Source of the DNA: Eledone cirrhosa | Taxonomy: Eukaryota | NCBI GenBank assembly: GCA_964016885.1 | Contig: OZ024740.1 | Span: forward strand, 182,094,001 to 182,158,000 | DNA length: 64,000 bases | Direction of reading: 5' to 3' | Shown: positions 1 to 12,670 of the stretch, piece by piece | Layout of the letters: every line of letters starts with the position of its first letter | How positions within the stretch are numbered: position 1 is the stretch's first letter | The notes under the pieces: generated by a model | Seen by the model: the letters and a program-made list of their open reading frames with translations, nothing else | Database searches by the model: none | What the model was told of the DNA's origin: nothing | Made by a program: the position numbers and the translations under genes

Positions 1-990
1 GTGCAAATCACATGGTCAAATACAGTGTTGTCATGAATATTCTTTTGAATTTGTAACTGCAATATTATCCAATGCATCACTATTTGTTAAAGCAGTAAGT
101 ATTTGTATTCAGATAAATGGTCCTAACTTGAAACCATTCAATGTTGGAGTCAGACTCCACCAAGTGTTTGTACTGTCAGCTCTCCTGTTCATAATCTTCA
201 CAATGTGTTGCTGGGTAGGAAATATTATCAAGGCTGGCAGATGTATGATCAGTCAGCTGGAATTTGAGATGACTCAGTATTACATAATTCGTCATGCACT
301 TGATAGGTTTAATGCCGAATGCTGCACAACTGGATTGAAAATCAGTGCTGGAAATACTGAGACTCTCATCCCCTCAAAGAAGCCAGTGCAGTACATATTA
401 AATGTAAGTGGAGTTCACCTAAAGCAGATAGAGAAGTTCAAGTATCACTGCCATGTTCACCAGTGATTGAATGCAGGAGGCTGAAATAAGTTCAAGAAGT
501 GCAAGGGCTGTTGCAGTTATGCACTAGCTTCATCATATGGTCATTGATCTTTGGTAATGATCGAAAGGATACAATTGCAAATACAAGTGGCTGAAATGGG
601 GTACCTCTGAAGGGTCTCTGGTGTAATGTTAGCCGATAGAGTGTATAGCTCAGAGATCAAAGAGCCACTTCAGGTAGACGCGCTACTTCTCTAAATTGCG
701 AGATTACAGCTCTGATAATATAGGTATGTGATTAGAGTGTCTCAGAAAAGAATGGCTGAACAAATTTTATGGGTAAAACCAACCAGCAGGAGAGTAAAAT
801 AGTTGGATAGCGTCCATGACCTCAGCTTGTCTCACTTGTGGATTCAGCTAGATTAATTGGATATGGTTGCTTCTGAGAGGATTTGCTGGAAATAGTGTTT
901 GAGGAGTCTGCCCCCTTGACCCCCCACCTCCCCAGGAATAAGTGGGTGGACAAGAAGAAGGAGGAGGAGGAGAAAAAGAAAATGAAAAAG
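1..990 (+). mobile_element. Degenerate RTE-clade LINE, 3' part of RT and C-terminus
   Basis: KPFNVGVRLHQVFVLSALLFIIF resembles RT motif B (GxxQGxxLSPLLF). Downstream broken frames give WVMIERIQLQIQVAEMG, typical of RTE/Expander. Ends in an (AAG/GAG)-rich tail at ~953-990. Confidence 0.7.
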
Positions 991-1550
991 GAGTTTTGAT
1001 TTGCAGGAGTTTTGGTTGTTGTTTCTAGTAGGCTAAATTACTATGTAGATATTCCTCCATTAAGTCAAAGCTGAATACCAATCCCAATGAATAAGTACCA
1101 GGTTGCTAAATTGTCTTCTTTAACTCAGGTGTCTTCATGTTTTCATATATAATCTCTTGGAAACTAAAGTATATTCTATAAGCAACTATAATTAGTTATG
1201 TTAATTATACTAAATTGTTTGCATAAATGTTTCCTCTCCCTTATCTCCTTCTTTCTCTTCATAAAAGTAAAACTATTTCATTTATGCATAAGAAGTGTGA
1301 TATTGCATGGTAATGATAGATGGGCATTAGCCTGTGAGAGAATCAGTACTCTCTATACAATCATTCTACTTGACAAAATTTCTCATGTCAATCCATATAC
1401 CATACTCCCTTAAACAGGGACAGACACATGGGATAATCAGGTCGTGGATATATGTTACTTGCACATAAAAAATAAAACATTAAACGTTCACAGTTAGATA
1501 TCTTTATTCATTGTTTTGTTTTGTTTTTCTCTATTTAATTTCTCCAAGGG

Positions 1551-1769
1551 TTAACTCTTTAGCATTTAAACTGGCCATATCTGGCCAGAATTCTCTCACC
1601 TCTTTCAGTTCAAATTGGCCATAACTTGCCACACATACTGTTGTATTTTTCTCAAAATAAATAACATAAAAATCCCGTAGACTTGATATTATGTTCGATA
1701 ATTCTGTGAGTTAAAGCCTTTACCACAAAAATACAATAATATAGAGTAATGCAAATGCTAAAGGGTTAA
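1551..1769. mobile_element. piggyBac-type MITE (TTAA target site)
   Basis: TTAA-ctctttagcattt ... aaatgctaaaggg-TTAA terminal inverted repeats. A related copy lies in the opposite orientation at 46616-46844. Confidence 0.7.
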
Positions 1770-2196
1770 ACAACAACAAACACATGGACATTGAATTTTG
1801 AATGTTCTACAGGAGCTGGAGAGAAATAAGGTAATTTTGAACTATGGGGACTACAATCAGCATGACCATCATCATCTGTTGTTTATTTTCCATTCTGCAA
1901 TGGGTTTGGGTTGGGCGTCATTATGAACTGTCAGTTACTTATCTCTTTGACTGTGGTGGGTGTGCAAGTCTAATTTTAATGAAAAGCCAAAAACAAATGA
2001 CTTGAATGTGTGATGGAGAATTAAAGGTAGCATATGATTGGAAAATATATAACTATGTTTGCATATATATGTTATGTGAATGGACAATGTGTGCTCATGA
2101 GGGAAAAGATGTATGCTTTGGTTAGAATGAAAATAAAAGGTGAAGATAGATGGGAAAATAGGTTGTGAGATCTGATCTCAAAACTTCATACACAGA

Positions 2197-2630
2197 TTGA
2201 TGAAAGATCAATGTCTCATCATATACTATAAGTCAGGCATAACTAACCGATGACACTGAAAGATCAATGACTGGACATACACCATATGTCAGACATAACT
2301 AACCTGACATTGATGAAAGATCAATGTCTCATCATATACTATATGTCAGACATAACTAACCTATGATACTGAAAGATCAATGACTGGACATACACCATAT
2401 GTCAGACATAACTAACCTATGACATTGATGAAAGATCAATGTCTCATCATATACTATATGTCAGACATAACTAACCTATGACACTGAAAGATCAATGACT
2501 GGACATATACCTTATGTCAGACATAACTAACCTATGACAATAATGAAAGATCAATGTCTGAATATATACCATATGTCAGACATAACTAACCTAAAACAAT
2601 AATGAATGCGCAATGTCTGGATATATAATA
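2197..2630. repeat. Minisatellite of ~56-60 bp monomers arranged as alternating A/B dimers
   Basis: About 7.5 units of gaaagatcaatg...atgtcagacataactaacctatgaca, alternating tctcatcatatact and actggacatacacc variants. Confidence 0.9.
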
Positions 2631-3444
2631 TACTAGGATATTTTTCAACATGCTGACGAATATGTGTATAAGCATCGTAGGAGCCTGCAACAGACATAAA
2701 GAGAGAGCAGTAGTATGAGCTAGACGTAAATAGAGAGAAGTAGTATGGGGTAGTCATAACAACATTGGTAGCATTTTTTAATCAGTATTGTTTCAGCCGC
2801 CTACCTTACATCATTCGTGAACGTGGCCCCAGCAATAAACTACTAGTGGAGAGGGAGCAATGGGTGACACCTGTAGCTCTCAAAAAAACTCTCACAACCG
2901 AGGGATTGTTGCCAAACTTCTAACAAAATCCACTGCCTATCATTTTCTATTAATTTTTAAAATAATGAATATGGAGAGATTTAGTAATATAACTAACTTT
3001 TTCATTATTAATATGATGTTTGGTATATAATTTCAGCAAATGTTCTTACATAAAATTATAATGGAAGATTTAAATTTAAATAGGAAGACTTTAAAATAAA
3101 TGACATTGTATAATAGAACCATGGGTGGTTTCAGGCAGTTTGGGATCATATTGGTTAAGAAAACAATTGTTCTGAAATGTACATTTTTCAAAATGGCTGA
3201 CAAACTACAACACTTGATTTCTCTTTCTCTCTAACGTTTCACCATTTTCTTACTCTCATCTATCATCCTATTTCTTCTTCTTCCTTTTCCCAGATATCAT
3301 CTCTTCTCTCACTCAGTCCAAGGAAAGACTAATGTACAAAATGTTAAGAATCTTTTCCTACTATATCATGCTTTAAACTAATATACTATATTGTTCTCCA
3401 GTGTTATTTTTCCTTCTTGTCTTTTCACACACACACACACACAC

Positions 3445-3478
<34 letters not shown>

Positions 3479-3481
3479 TGT

Positions 3482-3580
3482 GAAGGTGCATGGTTGAGTG
3501 GTTAGAGAATTGGATTCACAATTATGAGGTTGTTATTTTGATTCCCGGACTGGGCAAGACACTTTATTTCACATTGCTCC
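3482..3580 (+). mobile_element. tRNA-derived SINE fragment
   Basis: Box A-like tggttgagtggttaga, box B-like ttttgattcccg, then gggcaagacactttatttcacattgctcc. Confidence 0.55.
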
Positions 3581-3716
3581 TTCTGCCTGGACTTGCGACT
3601 GACAGATTGCATTAGCTATTGGAAATACCAACAGAAACTTTGTTTCCTTGGCTTGATTTGATGAGCTCCACCCCACTTGTTAAGCAAATGAGGTCTGGAA
3701 TCTTGTTGATCGACTG

Positions 3717-3754
<38 letters not shown>

Positions 3755-3859
3755 AGAAGCCTGTAGGCTACAATTTACCTCATTTATTTGTTACGCCTCC
3801 TCTGTTATACTTAACTGCAGGCGCTAGTTGATTAACTAACACAATATATATATATAAGT

Positions 3860-3896
<37 letters not shown>

Positions 3897-4200
3897 TGTG
3901 TTTGTATGCAATCTTAGCTATGTCTCTCCTCTTTCACATGGCTAAACAAATGAAAGGAATAAAAAAAATAATATTGAGAAATAATTTGACATTAGTTAAT
4001 TTGTCATAGAATGTCACACATAAATCTATATTCCTTTAACATCAATTTATAATATTAATTTGTAAAATAAACACAATTCCACACATTTTGGAGTAGGTGA
4101 TAGTTGATCCAGTACTTTATTTTCTTTACATCAGAAGGATGTAAACCAAATTTGACTTCAGTGTTCTCAGAAGATACAATGTTGGTAAAAATACCTCAAT

Positions 4201-4988
4201 AATGATTATTATTATTATTATTGTTATTACTCTTTGAGTCTCAGTCATTGATGTTAGTTAACTGGAAAGTTTGTTGAGATGAATATCAAGCCACTACCTG
4301 CAGCCTCAGATATTCAGGACGTATCGGAGGGTTCTTGCCGTTCCCAGCAAGCATGCCTTTTGAAGCGTTCCAAAAAGCGTGAAGGGGCCAATTTTCTTTA
4401 ACCATCCCTGGAAACTTTTTGAGATAGTCCCCAGTGCGCCTATGACAATCGGGATCACTTTGACTTCATGGCAGTTCCAAATTCTTTTTACCTCCCACTT
4501 TAAGTCCTGGTATCGGTTAATTTTCTCCCTCTCCTTCTCTTGCACTCTCGTGTCGATTGGGCAGGCCACATCCACAATCAGGCACCATCTTTTTTCTTTG
4601 TCCAAAACCACCTGGTCAGGTCTATTGTTTCTTGTCCGTCTGTATCCTAAAATCCCACAGCACCTTCACCTGATCGTTTTCTATCACCGCCTCTGGCTTA
4701 TGCTCATACCACTTCTCAGAATGTGGTAAATTGTTTACTTTGCACAGGTGCCAGTGGAATACCCTGCCCATCACATCATGTCTCCAGCCCTTATAGTGAG
4801 TCTGGGCTAGGTGTTTACACTCGGATACAATGTGAGCCACAGTGTCCTCTCTCTCTCCACAGATCCTGCACAGTGGGCTAGCCTCCTCCTTGTAAATGTG
4901 GTGTTTCAACCACTTCGTTTTAGGGCCTGCTCCTGCGCAGCCATTAACATTCCTTCTGTAGCCTTTTTAAGGTCTCCTCTTTTCAACA
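4201..4988 (-). mobile_element. R4/Dong-like non-LTR retrotransposon family A, 5'-truncated 3' fragment (copy A0)
   Basis: Broken ORFs 4622-4909 and 4306-4611 encode a CCHC (CRICGEREDTVAHIVSEC), RHD, LWDFRIQTD and restriction-like endonuclease motifs. Nearly identical to 34880-35650. (TAA)n tail at 4201-4228. Confidence 0.92.
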
Positions 4989-5036
<48 letters not shown>

Positions 5037-8000
5037 GCTGCATTTATCTTGCTTTATGTTCATACGAGTTATCACCAAGTCGCAACCAGTGACCTCAAGA
5101 GACAACAAGGTCCGCCATCTTCAAGAAAGAACATACATACTCACACATGCATCTTTAGGTGTTTAGACTTGTGATGTACTTATATTGACAGAATCTTCCT
5201 TAGTATATGGGCAGTCCCCATTAGTACTATCTTTTGTATTTCTCCTATACGTGGGTTTCCTGGGATTTGCGATAAGTAATCATTAGACCCCTACAACCAC
5301 TGGTATTGTTTTAGTTCTCAATTTCCACATTTTTCCAATTTCTATCTCCAGGTCCTTATACTTGCTCAATTTTTCAAATGTTTTTATAGATACATTCTTG
5401 TCTATTGGAACAGATATATCAATTAGCAGGCATACCCTCTTTTTAAAGTCCTTCAGTATTATATAGGTCTATTTGCATCTATTTTTCGGTCTGTTTGGAT
5501 GCTAAAGTTCCACAAGATTGAGATGTGATCTTTTTCAAGTATGGGAGGTGGTTGATGCTCCCACCAATTCTTTTGATGGGGCAGGTCAAAATGCTTACAC
5601 ATTATCCAATGTATGTATTGTGCAGCTCTGTCATGCCTGTTTAGGTATTGGGTTGGAGCTATAGGACTGCACATTGAAATTATATGACCAATGGTCTCTG
5701 GTTGTTTTTTACATACACGGCATAATGGGCTGCATCCATTTTTTATTATGTTGACTTGGTAATTTTTTGTTGGCAGACACTGATCTTGTGCTGCTACAAT
5801 CAGTCCTTCAGTCTCCAATTTCAGTCCAGAGGATGCCAACCACTGATGGGTTAAAGTTTTGTCAACAGCAAGATTGTTAGCTCGTTCTGGGTATTTTCTA
5901 TACAGAGGCTTTTCTTGTCATTTCTTAGCCAGTTTCTGTAGCAGTTCTTTCTTTGCAATTACTTTTACCTGCTTTGCTTTTTCTGTGTTTTTCATTTCAG
6001 CAGTAAATAGGACTTCTGAAATGTGTAGTCCATTACTGTATCTTTGTGCATCTTTTGTAATGGAGTATGATCTTTTGATGCTTTCGTGTTTCAAAACGAG
6101 TTTGATCATCCAAACATGTGATCCCTTAGATATGTAGATAATCCAATTGTTGCAGTTTTCAACGCAATATCTAATTGGATTAACCCACGTCCTCCTTCTT
6201 TCCTAGGGAGATATATTCTATCTGTATCTGCCTTAGGGTGATGCACTCTGTGCATGGTTAAGAATTTTCTAATTTTTGTATCGAGCCTACGGATCTCTGT
6301 GCTTGACCAGTTGATGACATTGTAACTGTAGATTACTACTGGTATGGCAAGCGTGTTTATGGCATCGATCCTATTCCTTGCATTCAATTCCGTTCTTAAG
6401 ATTGCTCTTACTCTGCGGTAACATTCCTTCCTTATCCTTTCCCTCATTGTCGAGTGCTTGATTCCGTCTCCTTCAGAAACACCTAGATATTTGTAAGTTT
6501 CCTCTTGATCAAGTTCTCTTATCACATTCCCCCGATCAAGATTAATGTCTGAACTTTTCAGCAGCTTTCCTCTGGTGAACGTTGCTTTGGCGCATTTATC
6601 TAGTCCAAACTCCATTTTAATGTCATCATTGAACTGCTTCACAGTGGATAATAGCCCTTGCAATTGTTCATCATTTTTTGCAAACAGTTTCAGGTTATCC
6701 ATGTAGAACAAGTGATTAATGGTTTTGTCATAGACTTTATATCCATGTTTTGTTTCATTGAGCATTTTACTTAATGGCATAAGGCGATGCAGAATAAAAG
6801 CGGTGATAAAGAGTCACCCTGAAAAATTCCACAATTAATATTAACTTCTCCAGCTTCCAGTGATTTTGTTTCACTATTCAAAAGGAGTGTCGTTTTCCAT
6901 GTCTTCATACTGAATGACAAAAACCTCCTGACAACGGGAGATATTTTGAAAATCTCTAAACATTTTTCAATCCAACTGTGTGGCAAACTATCGAATGCTT
7001 TTTTTGTAATCTATCCAAGCAATTGATAGATTTTTGTGTGTATTATGACAATCTTCCAGTATCATTTTGTTAACCAAAAGCTGATCCTTACAGCCATATG
7101 AGCCTCGTTTACACCCTTTCTGCTCAATGGGAAATAGGTCATTTGTTATCAGGTGGTCATATGTATATTCAGTTAGGACTGATTTTAAAATATTATACAT
7201 TGTGGTCAAGCAAGTTATCGGTCTGTCATTTTTGGGATTGTTTGTCTCATCATTCTTCGGAAGCAGGAATGTAATGCCGTTAACTAGCCATGATGGTATC
7301 TTTTCTGGCTCCTTAACTATTTCATTGTAAAGTTGGGCTAACAGCTCATGAGACTCTGTGAAGGCATTTATCCAAAAATGTTGTATTTTGTCTTTTCCTG
7401 GGGATTTCCATTTGCTGGTTTTTCTAAGAGCCAAACGCAACTATTCAACTGTTATATTTTCCCATGTTTGTTCCTCAAGGTGAGCTGTATCTTTCATTTG
7501 TCTGTCTATCCATATTATGAACTTTTTCTTCGGCCCAGATCTTTTCCCAGAATTCTTGCACTTCCTCCTTGGGTGGTATTGATTTAGCAGTTATTGTTGA
7601 CTTACCAATTTTTCTGTAGAAGTTTCTTTGGTTGTTTTTGAACATATTATTGTCCTTATAGAATCTAGATCGTCTTTCAAAGCGCCTTATATGAGCAGCT
7701 TTGGCCGACACTTTTTGCTTGATTATTTCTATCAGCATGTCTATGTCACTTGTTAATTTTATACTGTACTTTCTTTTCAATTTTCTAAGTTTAGTTTGTT
7801 TAACATGTTCACCTACTTTATAGTTTGTTAAAATTTCTATGTCAGATCGGAGAAGGTTTATTTGGCGATTGATGTTCTCTTGCCAAGTAGATTTCTTGTT
7901 GGAATTCCTTTGTTTTTTCATCTTCACTCCACATAAGTGAGTGGTGACTTTAGCCGATGCATAATAGAGATGATTTAAATCAGTAATGTTTAGTTTGTTT

Positions 8001-8733
8001 GTGATGATAATGTGTCTCGTTCCCCCATATGAGATTCTTTCATTTTCATCCATTCGATCATAATTTCATCCTTCAAGTTGGCAAGTTCATTCTCATTCAT
8101 TTCTTTATCATTTACGATCTCATTGTTTTCATTTTGAGTTTCATCTTGAGCATGCACTCCCTCCAATTTTTCGATCCTTTCTTTAATTTGTTCTGTTGTC
8201 AGTGATTACGCCCCAACCCTGGGATTCGAAGTGTTACAATTTACTCGTTTTCACTGACACATGTTTCATTTTCCCTTTGCTGACTTTGTGCTAATAGCTT
8301 GATCTGATCAATTTCTATATCAGTTAGTATCTTTTTTCTTACAATATTTCTTTGTATATTGGCTAGTTTGTTACTGTCAATATAGCCTCTGTTTTCGGGA
8401 TGCTTCTTTTTCCAGTTGATATACGTCTGTTCTGTATTCGATGTATTTGACGGGTAGTACATGGCAGTTTAGAAAGCCTCAAGGACTTCTTTATTATCTT
8501 CCCTTGACTATTTCTCTCTCTTTTCCCTTGACTATTTCTCTCTCTTTTTCTTTGGATTTCTTGGTGGTGAGCATGGAGGACCAACAGTAGGAGTATTCCG
8601 GTTATGGGAGGTCTACAGCTCCAAAGTGATGGGAAGGTTTGAACCATTAGCTGATTTTTTTACCCCAGTCTGGTTCGTCTCTGAGGGATGCAGCCCTTTT
8701 TGACCCGGGTGACAGCCGATCCAGTATGAGATT
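4989..8733 (-). mobile_element. R4/Dong-like family B, near full-length frameshifted copy (B1)
   Basis: ORF pieces carry RT motifs (GIFQGDSLSPLLF, HLFYMDNLKL) and a CCHC (CRVCKKQPETIGHIISMC). Collinear with 36790-40571. (TAA)n tail at 4989-5035 and (GAA)n at the 5' junction 8733-8765. Confidence 0.93.
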
Positions 8734-8845
8734 CTTCTTCTTCTTCTTCTTCTTCTTCTTCTTCTATAATTATGATTTCTTTATTATAATCAAACATTGT
8801 GTGAAGTTTGAACATTTAAACTTACAAAGCACTGAAGAAATAAAT

Positions 8846-9348
8846 TCATAAAAGATTTAGGATGATTAAATTACAGAAAATAACTTCAATAAACATTAGT
8901 TGCTGTGAAATAGCTTATAAAAACTGGGTAAAGACTCTTAGAGATGGAAATAGATGTTGACAGTAATCACTACAAAAGATATAGAGATATGTGGGGTTAT
9001 TTATAGTGGCTGTTGGCCACATCTTTTTCCATCTCTAAGTGTTTTTAGCCAGTTTTTATGAGGTACCAGGGTCAATCAAAAAGGCATGCCTTTTGTTTTA
9101 TTGCAAGAAAAATAAAGGAGAAAACAAATGTATTATACATTAAAATGAAGCTGTACATCAGAGGGGATCATATTCCTACTTCTCAACATAGTGACCACCT
9201 CTTTTGAAATACAAAATTAGATATTGTATAAAACAATTAACCTGCTCTGATAAAAAAGGCATTACTTTTTGACTGGCTTTCATATATATCATAGCAACTG
9301 ATTTTAATTGAAATTATTTTCTGCATTTAAGCATCCTACATCTATGAA
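8846..9348. mobile_element. Foldback MITE with long imperfect arms, right arm interrupted by a mariner-type MITE
   Basis: 8846-8972 is reverse-complementary to 9004-9065 plus 9287-9348. Confidence 0.6.
9066..9286. mobile_element. Tc1/mariner-type MITE
   Basis: Ends agggtcaatcaaaaaggcatgcc ... ggcattactttttgactggctttcata form imperfect TIRs in a TA context. Confidence 0.55.
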
Positions 9349-9614
9349 TAATAATATGGGCAGCAAGAGGGATACTAATATAGGCACAGGGATACTGCGA
9401 TGTGACTTATGGCTGCTGAAGAGGAATGTTATTCATTGAACCTTGGTATGGTTGTTGATGAGAATTAGAGGGAGTCACTAGGATAATGAGTCTCTCCTTT
9501 TTCATATGGCTAGCCAAATGAAATGAATGAAAAAATAGTATTGAGGATTACTTTGACATTAGTTAATGTGTAATAGAAAGTCACTGATAACTTTATATTC
9601 CTTTAACATCAATT

Positions 9615-10045
9615 TATAAAATTCTGGGATTATGATTTTCAAACTGATAGAATAATTAACTTCACTGACCAGACATTGTCATGTTGAACAAGAAAGACAA
9701 ATCAATATGGCCATACCAAATAAAACAAACATTGCGAGTAAGAAGATTGAAAAAAATCACTAAGTAACCTGATTTGAAAATGGAACTGGCAAGACTATTT
9801 GGAATGCAAGAAGCTCATGTGAAAATGATATCAGTTGTGATCAGGGCATTAGGGTCAATCCGACCGAAACTTCAAATCTTCTTAAAACAACTGGGAATAA
9901 TATACAGGTTAGGTATCATATAAAAGGTGACTTAGCTAGGTTCTGTGCACATTTTGAGGAAACTATTATCTGTCTGAGATCCTTGTGATTTGACCGATGT
10001 CTAAATACCCTGGTGCCTCATTCATCTGCACTGCATTACAGAGCT

Positions 10046-10114
<69 letters not shown>

Positions 10115-10125
10115 ATAATAAAGAT
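9615..10125 (+). mobile_element. Third, older R4/Dong-like 3' remnant (family C)
   Basis: Broken frames FWDYDFQTDRII...PDIVMLNKK...RLFGMQEAHVKMISVVIRALG match the RLE C-terminus. Followed by a (GTA)n/(TAA)n tail at 10047-10120. Confidence 0.7.
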
Positions 10126-10849
10126 GATGATGATGATAATATGGTAAATCTAGCATCTATGAAATCAAAAAGATAGTTCTAACAAATATGACCCACATAC
10201 TTTGTAAATTTTTGTTTTTGTATATCACAACACAATCTTTTCTGCTTAATTTTTAGATATGCTTTGCTATATCAATGTGGTGCTCCAGCATTGCCACAGT
10301 CTTATAACTGAAACCAGTTAAAGTGTAAAAGAATTAAGAGCACAATTTTGTTGAAGCAATTTATTACCTGTTGATGAATAAAAGAGAAAGAAAATGGAAT
10401 TAATTTGTTTTGTTTCTACACCTAATAATTAATGAAATTACAATCATTATTTTGTTATATGAATATAATTATTGCATCATTCTATCATTTGAATCATTAT
10501 ACAATTAATTATCATTATCAAAAATTTAGTTCATTAATTTAATACTTCCATACATACAATGACATAATTTTTCTCATTATTTTCCTTGCTTATTTCTAAT
10601 AATGACCCTATAAAAAACATCGGTTAATTTCCTAGCCCGGAAAAATGCAACAAATAACTGTCCTTGATTAAATATAAGGAAATCCCTATTGTATAAAATA
10701 TTTGACTCCATGCTTTATTAGACATCTTTGAAGCAGCTAATCTAATGGGAAACTGAGTTCATTGTAATGTCAATGGTAAATTGAAACACAAAATCCCAAA
10801 TAGTATAATTTAGAGTAAATATTTATATATATATACACATATATATATA

Positions 10850-11005
10850 AAGGAAAATAGTCAGGACCCCGACGGCTGAGCTCCAACTGTTTCGACAGCT
10901 AGATCGTCGGAATCATGACTATATTTCTATTACCCACTCTACTACCCTAAGTATCGAGTAATCTGGTGCGTTATAGTCCACCTGGTTTCTTACCTCACTT
11001 TCTTC
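10850..11005 (-). repeat. Hairpin-ended interspersed repeat, second copy at 50485-50620
   Basis: Shares ggtaagaaaccaggtg...tacttagggtagtagagtgggtaatag and terminal arms gtcaggacc/ggtcctgac with the other copy. Confidence 0.65.
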
Positions 11006-11459
11006 GTTTTATATATATATATATAAATATACACGTATATACATATATACATAGGTGTCCTCTACTATAACCTTGTGTTCACCAATTATATATATATATG
11101 AAATAGTGAGTTTGGAAGCCTCTACAATGAGTAATCTTTTGGCAACAAAATCCTGTGGCAATGGGGGAAGGAAAGGAAAACAAATGTAAATTAAAGTAAA
11201 AGGCATAAGGAGAAAAGAAGAAAATGAAGAAGAATACCAGAATCTGTCTACATTAAAAGATGTATTAGTCCCTATATTTCAGATTCTCATTCATCAACAG
11301 GGGTGGTTTTCTGAAGGGAAAATAAACACGTCATTGAATGTTGCTGATTTTACAATTCTGTTTAAAATTGACTTGCACATGCGTGGCTGTACATTATATT
11401 AAAAAAATTGACAGTTATTCATTGGATCTGCACATACCTGGGGTAAACGAACGGTCATT

Positions 11460-11708
11460 CTAGATAACTGCTGCTGTAAATCTGTGTGTGTAAGCACATG
11501 TCTTAACCACTATAACAACCAACAATAGTCCACGTCTCCCGGATCTGCTGTTTCTTGGAGGCTCTAATCGATTTATCCTGAGAGCTTCTTTCACCTTTAG
11601 AGTGCCAATGTTACACTCTGTTGCTAGCACAGTGACAGTGAATGTCTTATCCTTGTTTCCACACTTGTTGATGTGTTTCCGGAAGGACAAGCGCTGACGT
11701 GCTCCTTA
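11460..11708 (-). mobile_element. Penelope-like element, inverted copy of the GIY-YIG C-terminus
   Basis: SFRKHINKCGNKDKTFTVTVLA...KEALRINRLEPPRNSR. Reverse complement of 11642-11708 matches 12567-12640. Confidence 0.8.
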
Positions 11709-11719
11709 AAATGTATATG

Positions 11720-12670
11720 CTGCAGTCAGATACTGAAGCCCTTACTGGCCACCCTACCAGGACATATCAGCAGTTGCAAGGAGATTATGGACCGGCTACG
11801 ACAAATGGAGCCGAACACCAGAAGGGATAACAGGTATGCCTTCAGCCTAGATGTAGTCGCTCTATACATCTTGGTACCAGCACTCCCAGCCGTCGACATA
11901 CTGACAGAATGAATAATATCCACCAGCCTGCACTGCTTCAGTCTCACCTCCTCTGACATCCACCAACTCCTATCTGTTGTCAAAAACACTTATTTCTACT
12001 TTATTGGCTACACATACCAGCACACTTCAGGGCTGTTCATGGGGTCAAGCCTGTCAGGTGTGCTGGCGATTTCGTACATGGACCAGCCAGAATGAAGAGT
12101 GCTTAATATCTGCTACCCTCACACTGCCTTCTTCTCAAGTTATATGGATGATTTCCTCATCCTCACATCTTCTCGGGAGATGGCTGATGGGATTTACGAG
12201 GCATTAGTGTTATGGTTAGGCCAACGGACATCCAGCATCTTTCACCAACTGAATAAGAGACCACAGGCAACAAAACATGAGGGATTAATGCTTCCTCAAG
12301 ATCCCATACCAGGGTGAGAAAACCAGCTACACTATCTGCAGAGCCATACAAAGAGATGGTCTCGACATCCATTTGGCCACTTCGGACCCTCCCTGCAGTG
12401 ATGCCTTTCCAAAAAACGTCATAAAACCAGAAATGTGTGCTCCCGCAGCAATTGCCCGATATGCCACACAAAATGTTGCTAACGCACATACGTCGTGTAC
12501 AAGATCAAATGTGACAAGTGCAAGGAATTTTACATTGGCAGCACTATCCGATCGCTGCATAACATATTAAGGAGCACGTCAGCACCAGAGCCTCGTCCTT
12601 CCAGAAACACATCAACAAGTGCCCAAACAAGGACAAGACACTCGCTTCTATAATGCTAGCACTTTAACAC
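11720..12670 (+). mobile_element. Penelope-like element (RT + GIY-YIG), degenerate
   Basis: FSLDVVALY (RT motif A), GLFMGSSLSGVLA (motif B), YMDDFL (motif C), VYKIKCDKCKEFYIGST (GIY-YIG). Confidence 0.85.

Noticed and set aside
2197-2630. CRISPR-like repeat/spacer look
   Set aside because: Variable segments recur, the context is eukaryotic and there are no cas genes.
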